Source: the human T2T-CHM13v2.0 reference genome, Homo sapiens. From it: DNA of 64,000 bases. The position numbers were made by a program, and so were the translations under genes. The stretch lies in the NCBI RefSeq assembly GCF_009914755.1, contig NC_060926.1, one strand, 5' to 3'. Positions 12,445 through 26,800 of the stretch are shown here, in pieces (position 1 is the first letter of the stretch; every line of letters starts with the position of its first letter). Below the pieces are notes generated by a model. The model searched no databases and was not told where the DNA came from. It saw only the letters and a list, made by a program, of their open reading frames with translations.

Positions 12445-13615
12445 TCCTATAATCCTGTGACCGTGTGGTTCCTATGGGCCATGTGGTTTATGTGGTCCTG
12501 TGGTCTATGTGTTCCATGTGGTTTATGTGGTGCTGTGATTCTGTGGTCCTGTGGTCTATGTGCTCCATGTGACTTAGTGGTGCTGTGATTCTGTGGTCCA
12601 TGTGGTCCTTGTGGTCCATTGGTCAATGATCCTGTGGTCCATGTGGTCCCTTTGTCTGTGTGGTCCCTGTGGTGCCATAATTCCTGTGATTACTGCAGTC
12701 GATGTGGTCCTGTGTCTAGTGGTCCATGTTGTCCTGTGGTTCATGTTGTCTATGTAGTCCTAGGGTCCTCGTGGTCATGTGACCCATGCTTTCCTGTGGT
12801 TCTGTTGTCCTGCGGTCTTGGGGTTCCTGGGGTCCTATTGCCCATGTGGTCCTGTGGTCCTTCTGATCCATTGGTTCTATGATCCTGTGGTCCATGTGGT
12901 CCTGTGGTGCTATGATTCTGTGTTACCATGGTTCATGTGCTCCTGCAGTCTGTGTGGTCCATGTGGTGCTATGATTCCTGTGGTTCCTGTGGTTGATGTG
13001 GCCCTGTGATATATGTGGTTGATGTGGTCCTGTGTTTAGTGGTCCATGTGGTTCATGTGATCCATGTGGTCCTGGAATTCCTAAGGCCCTATTGCTCATG
13101 TGGTCCTGTGGTCCATGTGGCCAGTATGGTCCTGTGTCTATGTGGTCCACGCTATCCAAGTGGTCTTGGGGTCCTGTGATCCATGTTGTCCTGAGTCCCT
13201 GTAGTTCTATTGTCCACGTTGTCTTGTGGTCTGTGGCCCATGTGCTTTGGAGGTCTGCATGGTCCTTGTGGTCCTTAGGCCCTGGTGTCCTGAGATACAT
13301 GTGTTCCTCAGGTTTTGAGTTCCTTGTTTCTTCAAGAACTGTGTTCCTGGGGTTTTTGCATCCTAAGGTTCATCAGGTCCTATGGTCTTGTGATCTTCAT
13401 ATTTTGTGGTCCATGTATTCCTGTATATTGTGGTCATGTGGTGCATGTGGTTCTTGAGTCCTCACATTTTGAGTTTCATGGGGTCCTGTGGTCTTGTTAT
13501 CTGTATGTTTTGTGGTCCATGTGTTCCTGTGTCTTGTTGTCATGTGATCCAGGTGGTCTATGTGGTCCTTGGGTCCTTGTATGCTGAGTTTCATGGGATC
13601 CCATGGGCCTGTGAT
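12445..13615. repeat. Degenerate tandem repeat built on TGTGGTCC(A), 8-9 nt
   Basis: About 44 TGYGGT hexamers by hand count. There is a local ~50-bp duplication at 12491-12591. Confidence 0.93.
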
Positions 13616-14564
13616 GGAGTTTAATACCAAAACAACAAAGCAGGGTAGATGTGAGTTCAGAGGCTACTACTGCCTTTCTTCCATCTTAATCTGGAAAGCT
13701 TCACTCTGATGAGTGAGTCCATGGTGTTCCCTTCGGGCTAGAAGCCTTTTGTAGACAGTGTTCTAAGGTTTCTGCTGTGGGTCAGGAAGCTCCTGGGAAT
13801 AGTCCTGAAAAGTCTGTTGTTTGCAAGAATGGAGGGAGTGCTTCACATGACTCATTGTGTTTTGACTTCTGTGTTTCACTTTGGCTGTTTCACCTTGCAG
13901 TCTGAGAAGCTCCTCAACCCAGATTTTCCTCATTTCTTTAAAAAGAGATTAATTATCCTTAATTAGCCTTGACTCCAAGTTGTAGATGAAGCAGCTTGGA
14001 TTCTTTTATGAGTGTAATCATGCTTTATGCTTTTAAATGCAATTTTTGAAGTTAAAAAAAAATTAAAGTTAGTAGTAGTTCAATGTAGATAGCAATGATT
14101 CCCCATCTGTCATTCTCAACAAGTGATGAGGCCAAATTTATAATATAGTTTCTAAAGTCTAATAATCACCAAATGTTCAACCAGAACCCCTTGGCTAGTC
14201 CCCTTACAGCAGAGACTTGCAAATATAATTCAACAGAAAATATGAAGGGTTTCCACATTGCCATAACAAAAATCAACTTGTCCTGTGTTTATTCTCAAGA
14301 AAGAGTTCACTGACATGTCACACAATTCACTTTCCTCACATCCTAAACCTCTTTCAAACACACACGTGCATGTCTACATGCAAGCAGACAGAAAAACATA
14401 CATACACATTACGAGTAGAGATAGACAAATTAATGCTAGACTATAAGTTATTCCTCTGGAAGGTGCAGTAATATTAGTATTAGCTCTAGTAGTAATTGGT
14501 GGGGAGATAAGGGTGATATAAATTAGTCTGGGGAAAAGCTGAGATGCCCTGAATTTTTGCCATT

Positions 14565-15200
<636 letters not shown>

Positions 15201-16055
15201 CCTTCTCTAATATGCATACATTATGTAGATCTGAAATTCAGAATTATGTAACTTCTTTCTCTTCGAAGAACTTTTAACATTTTTCACAGTGCAGATCTGC
15301 TGGCCAAAAATTTCATAAATAGTTGTTTTCCCGAGAAAGTCTTTATTTCTTCATTATTGAAGGATAATTTCATTGGCCAGAATTCTAGGTTAATGAGGTT
15401 TTTTTTTCTTTCAACATTTTAAATATCATTATTCACCTTGCTCGTGTGTCTTGTGAAGAGAAGTCTGGTGCTGTCCTTCTCCTGTTCCTCTCCAGGTTAG
15501 GTGGATGTTCCCCCTCTGGATCCTTTCAAGACGTTGTCTTTGGCTTTCTGAAGTTTGATTATGATATGCTTGGGTTTAGTTTTTTGGTATTTATCCTGCT
15601 TGGTGTCCTCTGAGCTTCCTATATGGGTGGTTTCGTATCTGTCATTAACTTTGGACAATTCTCAGCCAACCATTATTACTTCAAACATTTCTTCTGTTTA
15701 ATCATCTCTCTCTTCCCCTTCTGGTATTCCTATTATGCATATGTTACAGCTTTTTTAACTGTCCGATATTTCTTCAACATTCTGTTGTTTTTATTTTTCT
15801 TTTCTCCTTGGTTTTCAGTTTGGGAAATTTTTATTGACTCCTTAGGTGAACTGATTCTTTCATTGGCCATGTCCAGTCTTCTGATGAGCCCATCAAAGGC
15901 ATTAATTTCTGTTATACTATTTTTAATTTCTAGCATTACCTTTTGATTCTTTCTTTGAGTTTCCATTCCTCTGGTTATATCACCTGTCCATTCTTACATT
16001 TTCCATTAGAGTTCTTAGCATATTAATTATACTAGTTTTAAATTCCTAATTTGAT

Positions 16056-16578
<523 letters not shown>

Positions 16579-17157
16579 TCAGTGAGGCTGTGCTTGCTGT
16601 TTGTTGTAGCTGCAGGGGTCAGAAGCTAAAGTTTCCCCCAGTGCCCTTGTCTTTATCTCCCCTTTTGTCTTTGAGTTTCCTTAGAGACTTGTTAATATGG
16701 TCTGAGGTGTGCAGTTCTTTCCATTGTAATCCCCTGTTGCAATACAAAAGCCCTGTTGATACAGTGCTGAGAAGTGGGGAGGGGAGGCAGTTCATGACCT
16801 CTGATTAGGTCTCCATCATCCAATGAGCCTCTGTCCTTAGATTGTGGTCTTTGCCAGTGCTTCTTGCACCCTCTCCTTTTAGGTGATGAAAGCCCATGGG
16901 ATTTGGAGTTGGGTGTTTTTCTTCACCCAGTGGGCTTGGTTCTGATGTGGCCCCGGTAGGTTGGACTCTGGTGAAATCGTTTCCCTGGAGGGCAGAGGCC
17001 TTGTGAGACAGAGTGCTCTGAGCCCTGACCCCCAGTGCCTGCTGGAAGCACAAGGGATTTTTTTCTCTGATCTTCACCCAAAGAACCTGGTGTGGCTCCT
17101 TGAGGTCAATCTCAGGACAGTTGTGGTCAGAAAAGGGATTTTATCTTTCAAGCTCAC

Positions 17158-17531
17158 TAATATGGTTTGGCCATGTCCTCACCAAAATCTCATCTTGGAT
17201 TGTAGTTTCCATAATACCCATGTGTGGTAGGAGGGACCTGGTGGGAGGTAATTTAATCATGGGGCAGTTACCTTCATGCCATTCCGGTGATAGTGAATGA
17301 ATTCTTGGAGATCTGGCAGTTTTATAAGGGACTTTTCCCCCTTTTGCTCGGCACTTCTCCTTGCTGCTACTATGTGAAGAAGGATATGTTTGCTTCCCCT
17401 TCTGCCATGATTGTAAGTTTCCTGAGGCCTCTCCAGCCCTGACAAACTGTAAGTCAATTAAATCTCTTTCCTTTATAAATTACCCAGGTTCTGCTATGTC
17501 TTTATTAGTAGCATGAGAACAGACTAATACA
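17158..17531 (+). mobile_element. THE1 (THE1C-like) MaLR solo LTR
   Basis: taatatggtttggc...catgagaacagactaataca. 5-bp TSD ctcac/ctcag. Confidence 0.93.
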
Positions 17532-20500
17532 CTCAGCCACTGTTGGTCCCAGGAGCTAGGTGATCACCCTGTAAGTGCTCCTGCCACCTCTGGCTTCTGC
17601 TGCTGTGAGCTCTGCTCTCTGCATCAGCCGGCCTGTCTCTCCAGTTTGGGGGCAGCAGTGTGCCCTGTGACCTCAATTTTCTGCTGGATCCAAGAAGAGC
17701 TGCCGACCCTCTGTTCAGCTTCTTCTTTGATGATGTGAATGGTGATGGCCAAGCTCTCTGCATGTGGAGCAGAAACCAGGAATGTGCTGGCTTTCCTATT
17801 CCTCTATAGCCTGCATTTCAAAACATGCATTTAAAAGTATTTACCAATATTAGTTTTTCCACTTCCAGTTTTTTGAAAGATATAGTTTAGTTGATCCATC
17901 ATTGACTTTGTGCATTATACTGCATAATTTATTAGTGTAGACATTAGAATTTCCTAAATATTTGCACTGTCCTCAAGATCTTAACCATCTTCAGGTATAT
18001 GTACTAAGTTTTAGGTTATTCCCTATAGACATCTGTCAGTCTTAATATTGCCAAACATATGGAAGCATTTTTAAGCACATATATCCAGTTTCTGAGCCTG
18101 AAAATAATGAATAATGTGGGAGGCTGGGTGGACTCATTTTCTTCCAAGTCTCTCCAAGCCAGATTATCCTTTCAAATGCTCTTCATGACTCTCTTGCTGG
18201 TGATCACAAAGAAACAAAACAGTGAGCACTTTCTAAGAAAATAATAGCATTCAGTTTTTATTTAATAAAAACCAGATACTTATTTGGAAAATGCTTATGT
18301 GTGTAAAATGGTTCCATACAAGGGAGGGTAGATTAACTCACTTAAGTAGAGATCATGTGCCAAGACCCCGTAAAGTACTGGAGGTGCACAGGTGAGTCTG
18401 TCTGTGGCTGCAGGGAACTCACGGCCCGCTGGAGTGGTGCAGGGCACATTGTCTGACCTCTGGTGATTGAGGTCTCTGATATTTCACTATGAAGATCAGC
18501 CTTGTCAATGATGTCCACTTTGGAAGGAAAAGACCCTCTGTGCTGGAGGAAGAACAAATGACTAACTCCAGGACTGCAATTAGAAAAGCAATAACCAAAA
18601 TGGTCAAGTCTTATAGTGAGAAAAATCCTGGAGTCATCTTGTCTACCACCCCATCATAAAATGAGAAAGTGTTATCTGGGACAGCTGAACAGTTCAGGGG
18701 AGAAGACAGGATGAGTGATGGGCAGGCTGGCTTCTGTCCCTCTCTGTCCGGCCTCTGCCTCCCTGAACACTTGCTGGGGATGATTCTAGGGAGCTTGGGC
18801 GCTGCGGGTCTGTGGCTGCCCGCTCTGCCCTGCAGCTGGTTTCTTCCTCGCTGATACTCAAGGACACGCAGTGATGACAGGCATGGCTGAGCGGGTGATG
18901 CACATCTCAGCAAACATGTTACTCAGCATCACTGCTCATGGACCTAAATAATACAAATGTTAGCAGGTTTCAACCTCTTCACAATGCAAGGGTTGAACAG
19001 AGAGCAGACATTGGCAAATTTCAAGCAAGAAGTCATTTCCAATTTGGGTTTAAAGTATTAACTTAATTGTCAAAGGATATAACTGAATCTCTGCAAGAAA
19101 TAGATTCCTTTATTCTGACTTTTATGTTTGTTGAATAAAAGATTTCTTATGTAGGTGTTGCATCTGACTCACACACCAAAAAATTGTTTAGAGCAGACCA
19201 ACAGCAGGCCTTTGCTGTTCTCTAGATACTTCGTTTGTCTCATTCTGAACCTGGTTTTATGAAACTCAAATTTTCTTTTCTTTATAGGTAAAGTATTAAT
19301 AGTTTCCAGAAAAATTTCAAGCAATTGAAAAGATTAAAAATAAAGTGGTGATTTAGTTTTCAGGCTTTAAATTTCTGTTAAAAACTATGCTTGCATTCTA
19401 GCATTTGGCTTGTATAATGAGTATAGTGAAATTTCTAGTTATAACATAAAATTCCTCCAAAATTCAAAACACATCTACCGCACACTTTTGCTAAATTTCC
19501 CTTTGCTATTTTTTTTCAAGCTAGTTCCACAGTGATATCATAGTTATTCAGAGAGACAATCAGACTAAGTGTAGTTTCCCATGAATGGAGCGTAGCTGGG
19601 AGCAGCTGCCACATCTAACTCTGGAGTGTGTGCTCCTCAGAGCCTGGATTCTCAGCTCAGAAGTGCAATCAAAGGCATCTAAATAGAGTCCTAACGAACT
19701 GGGACTTCCTGCGTCAAATGATTTTGTTTAGAGTTGTTTTGCTTCTACCCCGCCTTCTTAATCAAGTTAATGCTGTGGGTATTTTTGGGCTATGTGAGCA
19801 TGTGGCTGTGAATAGATGCAAAATCTTCCAGTTTTCAAAGAGTTTTGTGTTTCTTTGTGAGTGTCTACATGATAGTCACCAAGCACATTTGAAAGGAATA
19901 CTTTGGCTTCTAGAGGCCCCAAAAGGCTATCTCAGAATAGACTGTGTCCATCCAGCCTCCCACCTTATGAGAAATCTCTCTCAAGGACAGCAGCACTCCA
20001 TTGATCTGGCATTTCTCAATGAATCAAGTGTTTCTGATGAGTAAAAATTTTCAAATAATTGTAACAGTCTTTAAGTATAAGCAACATTTTCCATTAAACA
20101 TTTTAAAATAAAATCAATCTTGGTGTTCTTGCTTTAGGAAAAATACTATCTTGATCAAAATCTAAATGTTTCTGAGTAACTGTAGTAAGATTTTAATCAC
20201 TAATAGTAACCCTGGAGTGGCGGCCCTTGGTGAAGGCCACAGACCCGGCCCACTGTCCTGCTCCCATTGGGATTTTGGCCCTCTCTTCTCTGCCACTGAA
20301 CTTCTGCAGCTGCCAGCTTGTTTCTTATAGGAAGGACCTCCCTTCTACTAGTCTGCCATTTAGGAAGATTGAGAGGAAATAAAGCTGTTTAATTGGTAAT
20401 TCTCACCTACATAAAAGATGAGGACTGTATTTTTTTAACCAACTTGGAAACTAATACTATATTTTCCAAAAAAACTGGCCTTGCCTGATTTGAGATTACC

Positions 20501-22016
20501 AAAGAACGGAAGCATTTTTTCAAACAAATATAATCCAGAAAGAAAGATCTCAGATACAGTGTTTCAGCGTTGCCCACTGGTTGGCCCCACACAGGCCATG
20601 CACGGAATGAAAGACTGGAACAGAAACAAATGTGTCCTGTCCTGTGTTCGAGTTCAGGCAAGGGAAGGAATGGCTCTCTCTTGGTTCCAGTTCTGGAACT
20701 GCTCTTGATAACACTGTTGATTTAAATGCAGTCTATTTTTCTTTAACAGTTTTGCTATCTGCTATGCATATATAAATAAAATGAAATCTCCGTCTGTTAG
20801 TTAACATTTAAAAATACATGGAAATAGCTGGGTAGATTTTCGCTAAATTAGGATTGTGAATTTTGGGTGTTACGACTAAAAAAGCCGTCCACGTCTAAGT
20901 CTCAGCCTCACTCTGAAGAGGCGTGGGATGCCCCACAAAGAGCCTGCCAGTCATCCTCCTGGGAGGTTGGGACAAGCACGTGGTCCCCACACTCTCAGGA
21001 AGACATGCCATACCAGCAAGATATAAATACAGAAAATAAGCACTTTCCAATATCATCCCCAAGTGGAAAGCCACCAGCACAGACCTTCCACATTGCAGAC
21101 ATTGATTTCCAGCTGCACCACACCACACCTAGGCAATTCAGAGCAGCAAATTCCAGGGTCACAGCAGCAGAACACAGTCCAGACTCCTTAGCTGAGCTTC
21201 TCAGCCCTGCCATCCGGACCTCTGGATCCCACCAACATATCCAAGACATTTCTCAATGCCACTGACATTGCTAAGCTTTTCTTTATAGTTCCACTACATC
21301 CTACCTGGTCAATTAACACTTAATTCCTGGGTCTTTCCTGACCCCAGCCACTCCATTCCGACTTTGACATGTCCTTGCTTTCATTTTCTATTTCAGATGC
21401 CACTTTTTCTGCAAAGCACTCCCTTCTTTGCCCACTGACCCCAGGAACAGTAACAACTTATGTGATTGCTGTCTATTTTTAATGACACCCATCTTGTCCA
21501 CCCTGTCTTATAGCCATTTATCAATCTGCCCTCTCCTTATTCCAATAAGCTCGTAGATTTCAGGAGTCATTCAAGAGGTCCCACTGGCCATTGTAGCCAT
21601 GCCTATGTAGCTTCCAGTGCACAAATGCACTTACATTTGGAAATTCTTTCTTCTTGTAGTCTAGGTGGTAGGTGACAGGGTCACTGGACATTACTGTGAC
21701 CTAAGCCAACAGTTGCCAACCAAGTAAACAATTTGTTATAGATTTAAAATTCTTTTAAAATGTTAAATGTTAAAAATACTTCATACTATATTTTTATGAA
21801 AATACCTAATAAATGCTAGATTTTTCTCTGTTAGGCAGATGCTCTTATCCTAGAGATTATTCCACTTCCTGAAGATCTAGGTGCCATGCCATTGATTGGC
21901 CTGAACCCAAGCTTAGGAAGGACAGTTGATCTCCACATTCCTCAGAAAGGCTCTGTCATACTCAGTAAACTTTTCGTAACATGTTGATGTGTGGATTGAA
22001 TCATAGAACAGCCCTA

Positions 22017-22185
<169 letters not shown>

Positions 22186-22566
22186 TGGAATTCTACATTT
22201 TTTGCAAAACTCAGGACTTTTCCATATTCAAAGACAGTTTTGCAGAACATAAAAATATGATTATTAATAAGTTGAATATAAATTTCATTTTTATGTCCCA
22301 AAACACCTAGCCCAATGCTTTTCATTGAAAACAGGCACTTAATATTTATTAATGTCTTCATTTAGTTAAACATATTAAGCTAAATAGATGAATGTAATGA
22401 GAACAAAAATGAAAGGCAAACTCTGGGGAGAAACCGAATGCTTAGACTGTGAAGATGGAGGCAGGTCAGCTGCATGGCAGCTGAAGCACCAGGGGCAGCG
22501 TGTCTATCTGTTGGAATTCCAGGGAAAGACCCTTTGGCTTGAAGCTTCTCAACTTGCTGGACATGA

Positions 22567-22894
<328 letters not shown>

Positions 22895-22909
22895 AGATCT
22901 AAACTTTCA

Positions 22910-23010
22910 GAAGCACTAATTTTAGAGTCAACAGATTGGGTGTCAGACTTTCACTCTACTACTTTCTGATTGTCTAAACTTAAGAACAGTGCCCACTCTC
23001 CTGGGCCTTG
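22910..23010 (+). mobile_element. MIR 5' fragment
   Basis: agcactaattttagagtcaacagattgggtgtcag...ctctcctgggcct resembles the MIR head. Confidence 0.55.
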
Positions 23011-23059
23011 CTGCAGAGCAAGACACTTTTGAACGTAGGAACGATTCTTCGTTTAAAGA

Positions 23060-23670
23060 GCAGGGAGTCTATCTGACTGCAGACATGCACAAGTAAACAA
23101 GAAACAAGTGAGGAAAGTGTTAGCAATGGTACAAGAAACAGAGAGGAAGCTGTAGGCAGTTCTACCCAATCTTTCAGTAAATGATTCACAAACAGTGACA
23201 CAAGCTGCATCTTGGAGATGAGTGAGGTGGAGGAGTGACATGAAAAGAAACGTAGGGAGGAGAGGACCTGGCAGGACCAGGAAGGACGGAAGAAGTGTGA
23301 GCAACGTGCTGCCCCGGAGGGGCCCCTGTGGATCCACTGAGACTCCTGGCACCACAGGCTGATGGGCGCAGGGGACATGGGCAGGGCCTGGACTCCCATT
23401 GTCTTCAAGGGGAGTTACTGAGGGCTTTAAGCGAAGAGAAAACAGGAACAAGATCATCTTTCACTTAGGAGACATAATTCTGGCTGCAGTGTGGAGGGTG
23501 GATGTTTTTGTCTGTTTAATTCACTATTACCTAGAATGGCACCTGGAAAATTGTAGGTAACTGTTCTTTGAATGATATAAAACCAATTGCAGAAGCAGTT
23601 GCTGTGGGCCTGGCAAAAGACGATGGGCATCTGAACTGAGGCGCAGCGCCAGACCTAGAGATGAGGCCAG
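23060..23670 (-). mobile_element. L2 LINE fragments
   Basis: gagggctttaagc...aattctggctgcagtgtggagggtggat resembles antisense L2. Confidence 0.65.
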
Positions 23671-24504
23671 GGTCTGCAGGAATGAGGATCTTTTTGTTCA
23701 CTGCTTCCTCTCAGGCACTCAGAACAGGGCCTGCCACGTGGATGTCCCCTCAACCTCATGGGATACATTAGGATATTCTACCGGTGAGTTGCATACACAG
23801 GTTGACTTTGCAATCCTTTACTTTGTTTCTTTTTCTCTTTGTCTTCTGAGGTGAGGTGATTACAGAATGAAGTAGAATCCATATCTTGGGTGCCCCCCTC
23901 GCAGTGGGTGAACTTGACCTTTCTGACTCCAGACAGATCCATGATGGTGACAGAAGATTCCTTCAAACGATCCCCCTACCTCCCTAAGAAAGGAGCCCTA
24001 TAGTACTTGACTATTCTGCTGGGTTCAATTTAATTTTTCTAAAGAGTCCTGGATTGTCGGGGAATCTCCAATGTGTGGTTTTGTTCATGTTCTCAGTGCC
24101 AAGTGCTGACGGAGGCCACGACCTTCACTTGTGAGGCTGAGTGTCTTCCGTTTCACCCTCGGGCACTTAGCAAGCTGCATTCGAAGACCCAATGCTTCAC
24201 TTCCCTTGGGTATTTGGCTGTTTTTGATATTTTAATTTGTATTTTTTTCTACATATTTCAAAGAGGAATCAGTTTTCTCTGGGAATTTGAATGTCCTGAT
24301 AGGATGGGATACTGTAAGAGTAATTAGTGAAATTTGTGTTGTTTGGCTGTGGGATATTCTATAAGAAATAGCGACAGAAAGACCCAGATTCTGTCTTTTA
24401 TGCTTTAAGTTGGGTAGACTTGATGAGATGAGAAGCTCTCAGGGCAGCCGTCCGTGAAAAGGGGTGGGAAGTGGAAGGAGGTCTGGAGAAGGGGTGACAA
24501 CAAG

Positions 24505-25035
24505 GAACCCAATGGCATGGAACCCACGGAACCCGATGGCATGGAACCAGAACCGATGGCACCGAACCGGAACCTGACGGCACAGAACCAGAACCCGACA
24601 GCTCAGAACCCAACAGCATGGAACCCGATGGCATGGAACCCAACTACAGGGAACTGGAACCTGATGGCACAGAACCAGAACCCGACAGCATGGAACCTGA
24701 CGGTGGCTTGGAACCCAATGGCAGCATGGAACCCAACAGCACGGAACCGGAACTGACAGCACAGAACCTGATGTCTGCTCGGAACCCAACGGCAGCATGG
24801 AACCCGAAAGCACGGAACCGGAACTGACAGCACGGAACCTGATGTCGGCTCGGAACCCAACGGCAGCATGGAACCCAACAGTACACAACCGGAACCAACA
24901 GTACGGAACCAGAACTGACAGCACAGAACCTGAGGGCACAGAACTCGACGGCACAGAGCTGGAACCTGACAGATGGAACCCGACGGCTCAGAACCCTATG
25001 GCACAGAACCTGAGGGCAGCACGGAACCTGGAAGA
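24505..25035. repeat. Degenerate GGAACC/AGAACC minisatellite with a 71-bp higher-order repeat
   Basis: Subunits of 15-21 bp such as ggcatggaacccga and ggcacagaaccagaacc. ggaacccaa(t/c)ggcagcatgg recurs at 24710, 24781 and 24852. Confidence 0.92.
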
Positions 25036-25299
25036 TGCCGGAGGAGACTGGAGCATGAACTCAGGCAGGAGAACCTACCTGGTCCTGGACAAGGGCGTTC
25101 TCTCTCCCTGCGGATAAAGACGTGGATTTAACTCCAGCATTTGGAGTGAGAAGCCTAGGGTGCCAGGCCCACTCGACTCTGAATGAGGAGGTGTAGCTGT
25201 CTGCTGGGTGGAATGAGCGTTTTGAGGGTTGTGGTGAAGGCTGGGACCATCGCATGAGGAGTGGGTGGGGAAGACCAGAGATGACCCCTTAGCTGACAT

Positions 25300-25450
25300 T
25301 TGCTGAGGACATTCTCTGTTACAGGCATAGAAACTTAATTGATTTAATCTTCTCAGTATGCCAATGAGGTAAGTACTATAATTATTCTGATCTTATAAAT
25401 GAGGGAACTGAGGATTAAAGGTGAGGGAAAGTCCAGCCTGCACCTCTGCC
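25300..25450 (-). mobile_element. MIR fragment
   Basis: atgaggtaagtactataattattctgatcttataaatgagggaactgagg is the antisense MIR core. Confidence 0.75.
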
Positions 25451-26674
25451 ATCAGGGGAGCCAGGCGGCCACGTATGTGGTCTCTGTCCCAAGCCCACAC
25501 CGCGGCCAGCACTCTCCAGGGCTTCTCACTGAATATGAAGACGCATGGCTTGATGTGTTTCACGAAGAGTGGGAGGAGGATCCGTAACGAGTAGGTAGCG
25601 TGTTGGAGCTGTAACAAGGGGTTGAGTTGGAGAATGTGGAAAATTTGAGGGTTCAAAGAGCAAGTGCAGCCACCAGAGTGAATGAGGATGCTTAGAAGGG
25701 CAGACACTTCCCATCAGAAGTCAGTGCTTTAGGGCTCATGTTCCAGAGATGGCCAACGCTAAATTAAAGTCAATGGCAGTGGAGTTGAGAAAGACAAGAT
25801 TAGGAGGCCCAGTAGGACATGAGTGTGGCTCCTGATGTTTTCATGAGAATAGCAGGAGTTACACAGAAAGGAAGTGTGAGAAAACATCAGTTGTTCCCAT
25901 GGAAAGATGATAGGGCTCTATAGTGTTCAAGGTGAGCCCCAAAGGGGCCAGGACCTTGAACATTATTGTTTAGAAATAGAAACCAGCACTGAGAGATGTA
26001 GGCCAGGCCCTGAGGAAGAGGGAAATTTGGGAACTCTGTGCCCCAGAATTCACTGAGGATGCGGGGCTCCTGTGATCAAGGCTGAGCAGAGGCCGGGGCA
26101 GGGGCTGTGAAGGCACTGGGGGGAAGAGGCAGTTTCCTGATCCTGAGTAGAGATCTCAACAGCCCCAGAGACCAGGGCCAGGGAAGAAGTGTGAGTCTGT
26201 GTGAGGAGAGCTGTGCCGGAGGACACCTGGGTTCACGTTCCACAAGCCAGCTGAGGGTCTCATGGGCGGGAGTTGCACGTGAAGTGGGAAGCCCTCCTGT
26301 CCTGGGGCAGCAGGCTGAGAGTGTGTCCTCTTCTCTCGGAAGGGTGAGATTCCCAGGATGCCAGGGAATGACAGTGGTTGTTGGAATCTCTCGCTCCAGA
26401 TGGCCTGGGAGAAGCTGAGACCCAAGGCTCCGCATGGCAGAAGCCGCCTTTGGAAGGTGTTGGCTCTGTTGCTCCCCACACAGCTGGGGGTGAAATGGCT
26501 CCTGGATGTTAGGACCCCGACCTCAGGGGATGCACAGTGCCCATGTGGGCTGAGGGGCTCCAGGCTTGCAGCAATGTCGCCGTGCAGGTCCAGAGAGCCA
26601 GAAAAACTGCATAGTTTGCATTTCTCAAAGTACTTTCCAGGCATGGCCAGTGGCCCTGGGAGACAAGGAAGCAA

Positions 26675-26800
26675 AACACATTTTTACAGCAGGAACACGA
26701 GTTCAGAGAGGTTCAGTTTCTTGCCTGAGACCATGGAGGTATTTGACAAAGTGAAGCCAGAGTCCACATCCTTACAAACCGTATTATCTTTGTATCACAC
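26675..26800 (-). mobile_element. MIR fragment
   Basis: catttttacagcaggaacacgagttcagagaggttcagtttcttgcctgag. Confidence 0.65.

Noticed and set aside
12619-13630. Cys/Val/Trp-rich ORFs that resemble keratin-associated or metallothionein-like proteins
   Set aside because: Short overlapping ORFs in several frames from the TGTGGTCC repeat, with frequent stops.
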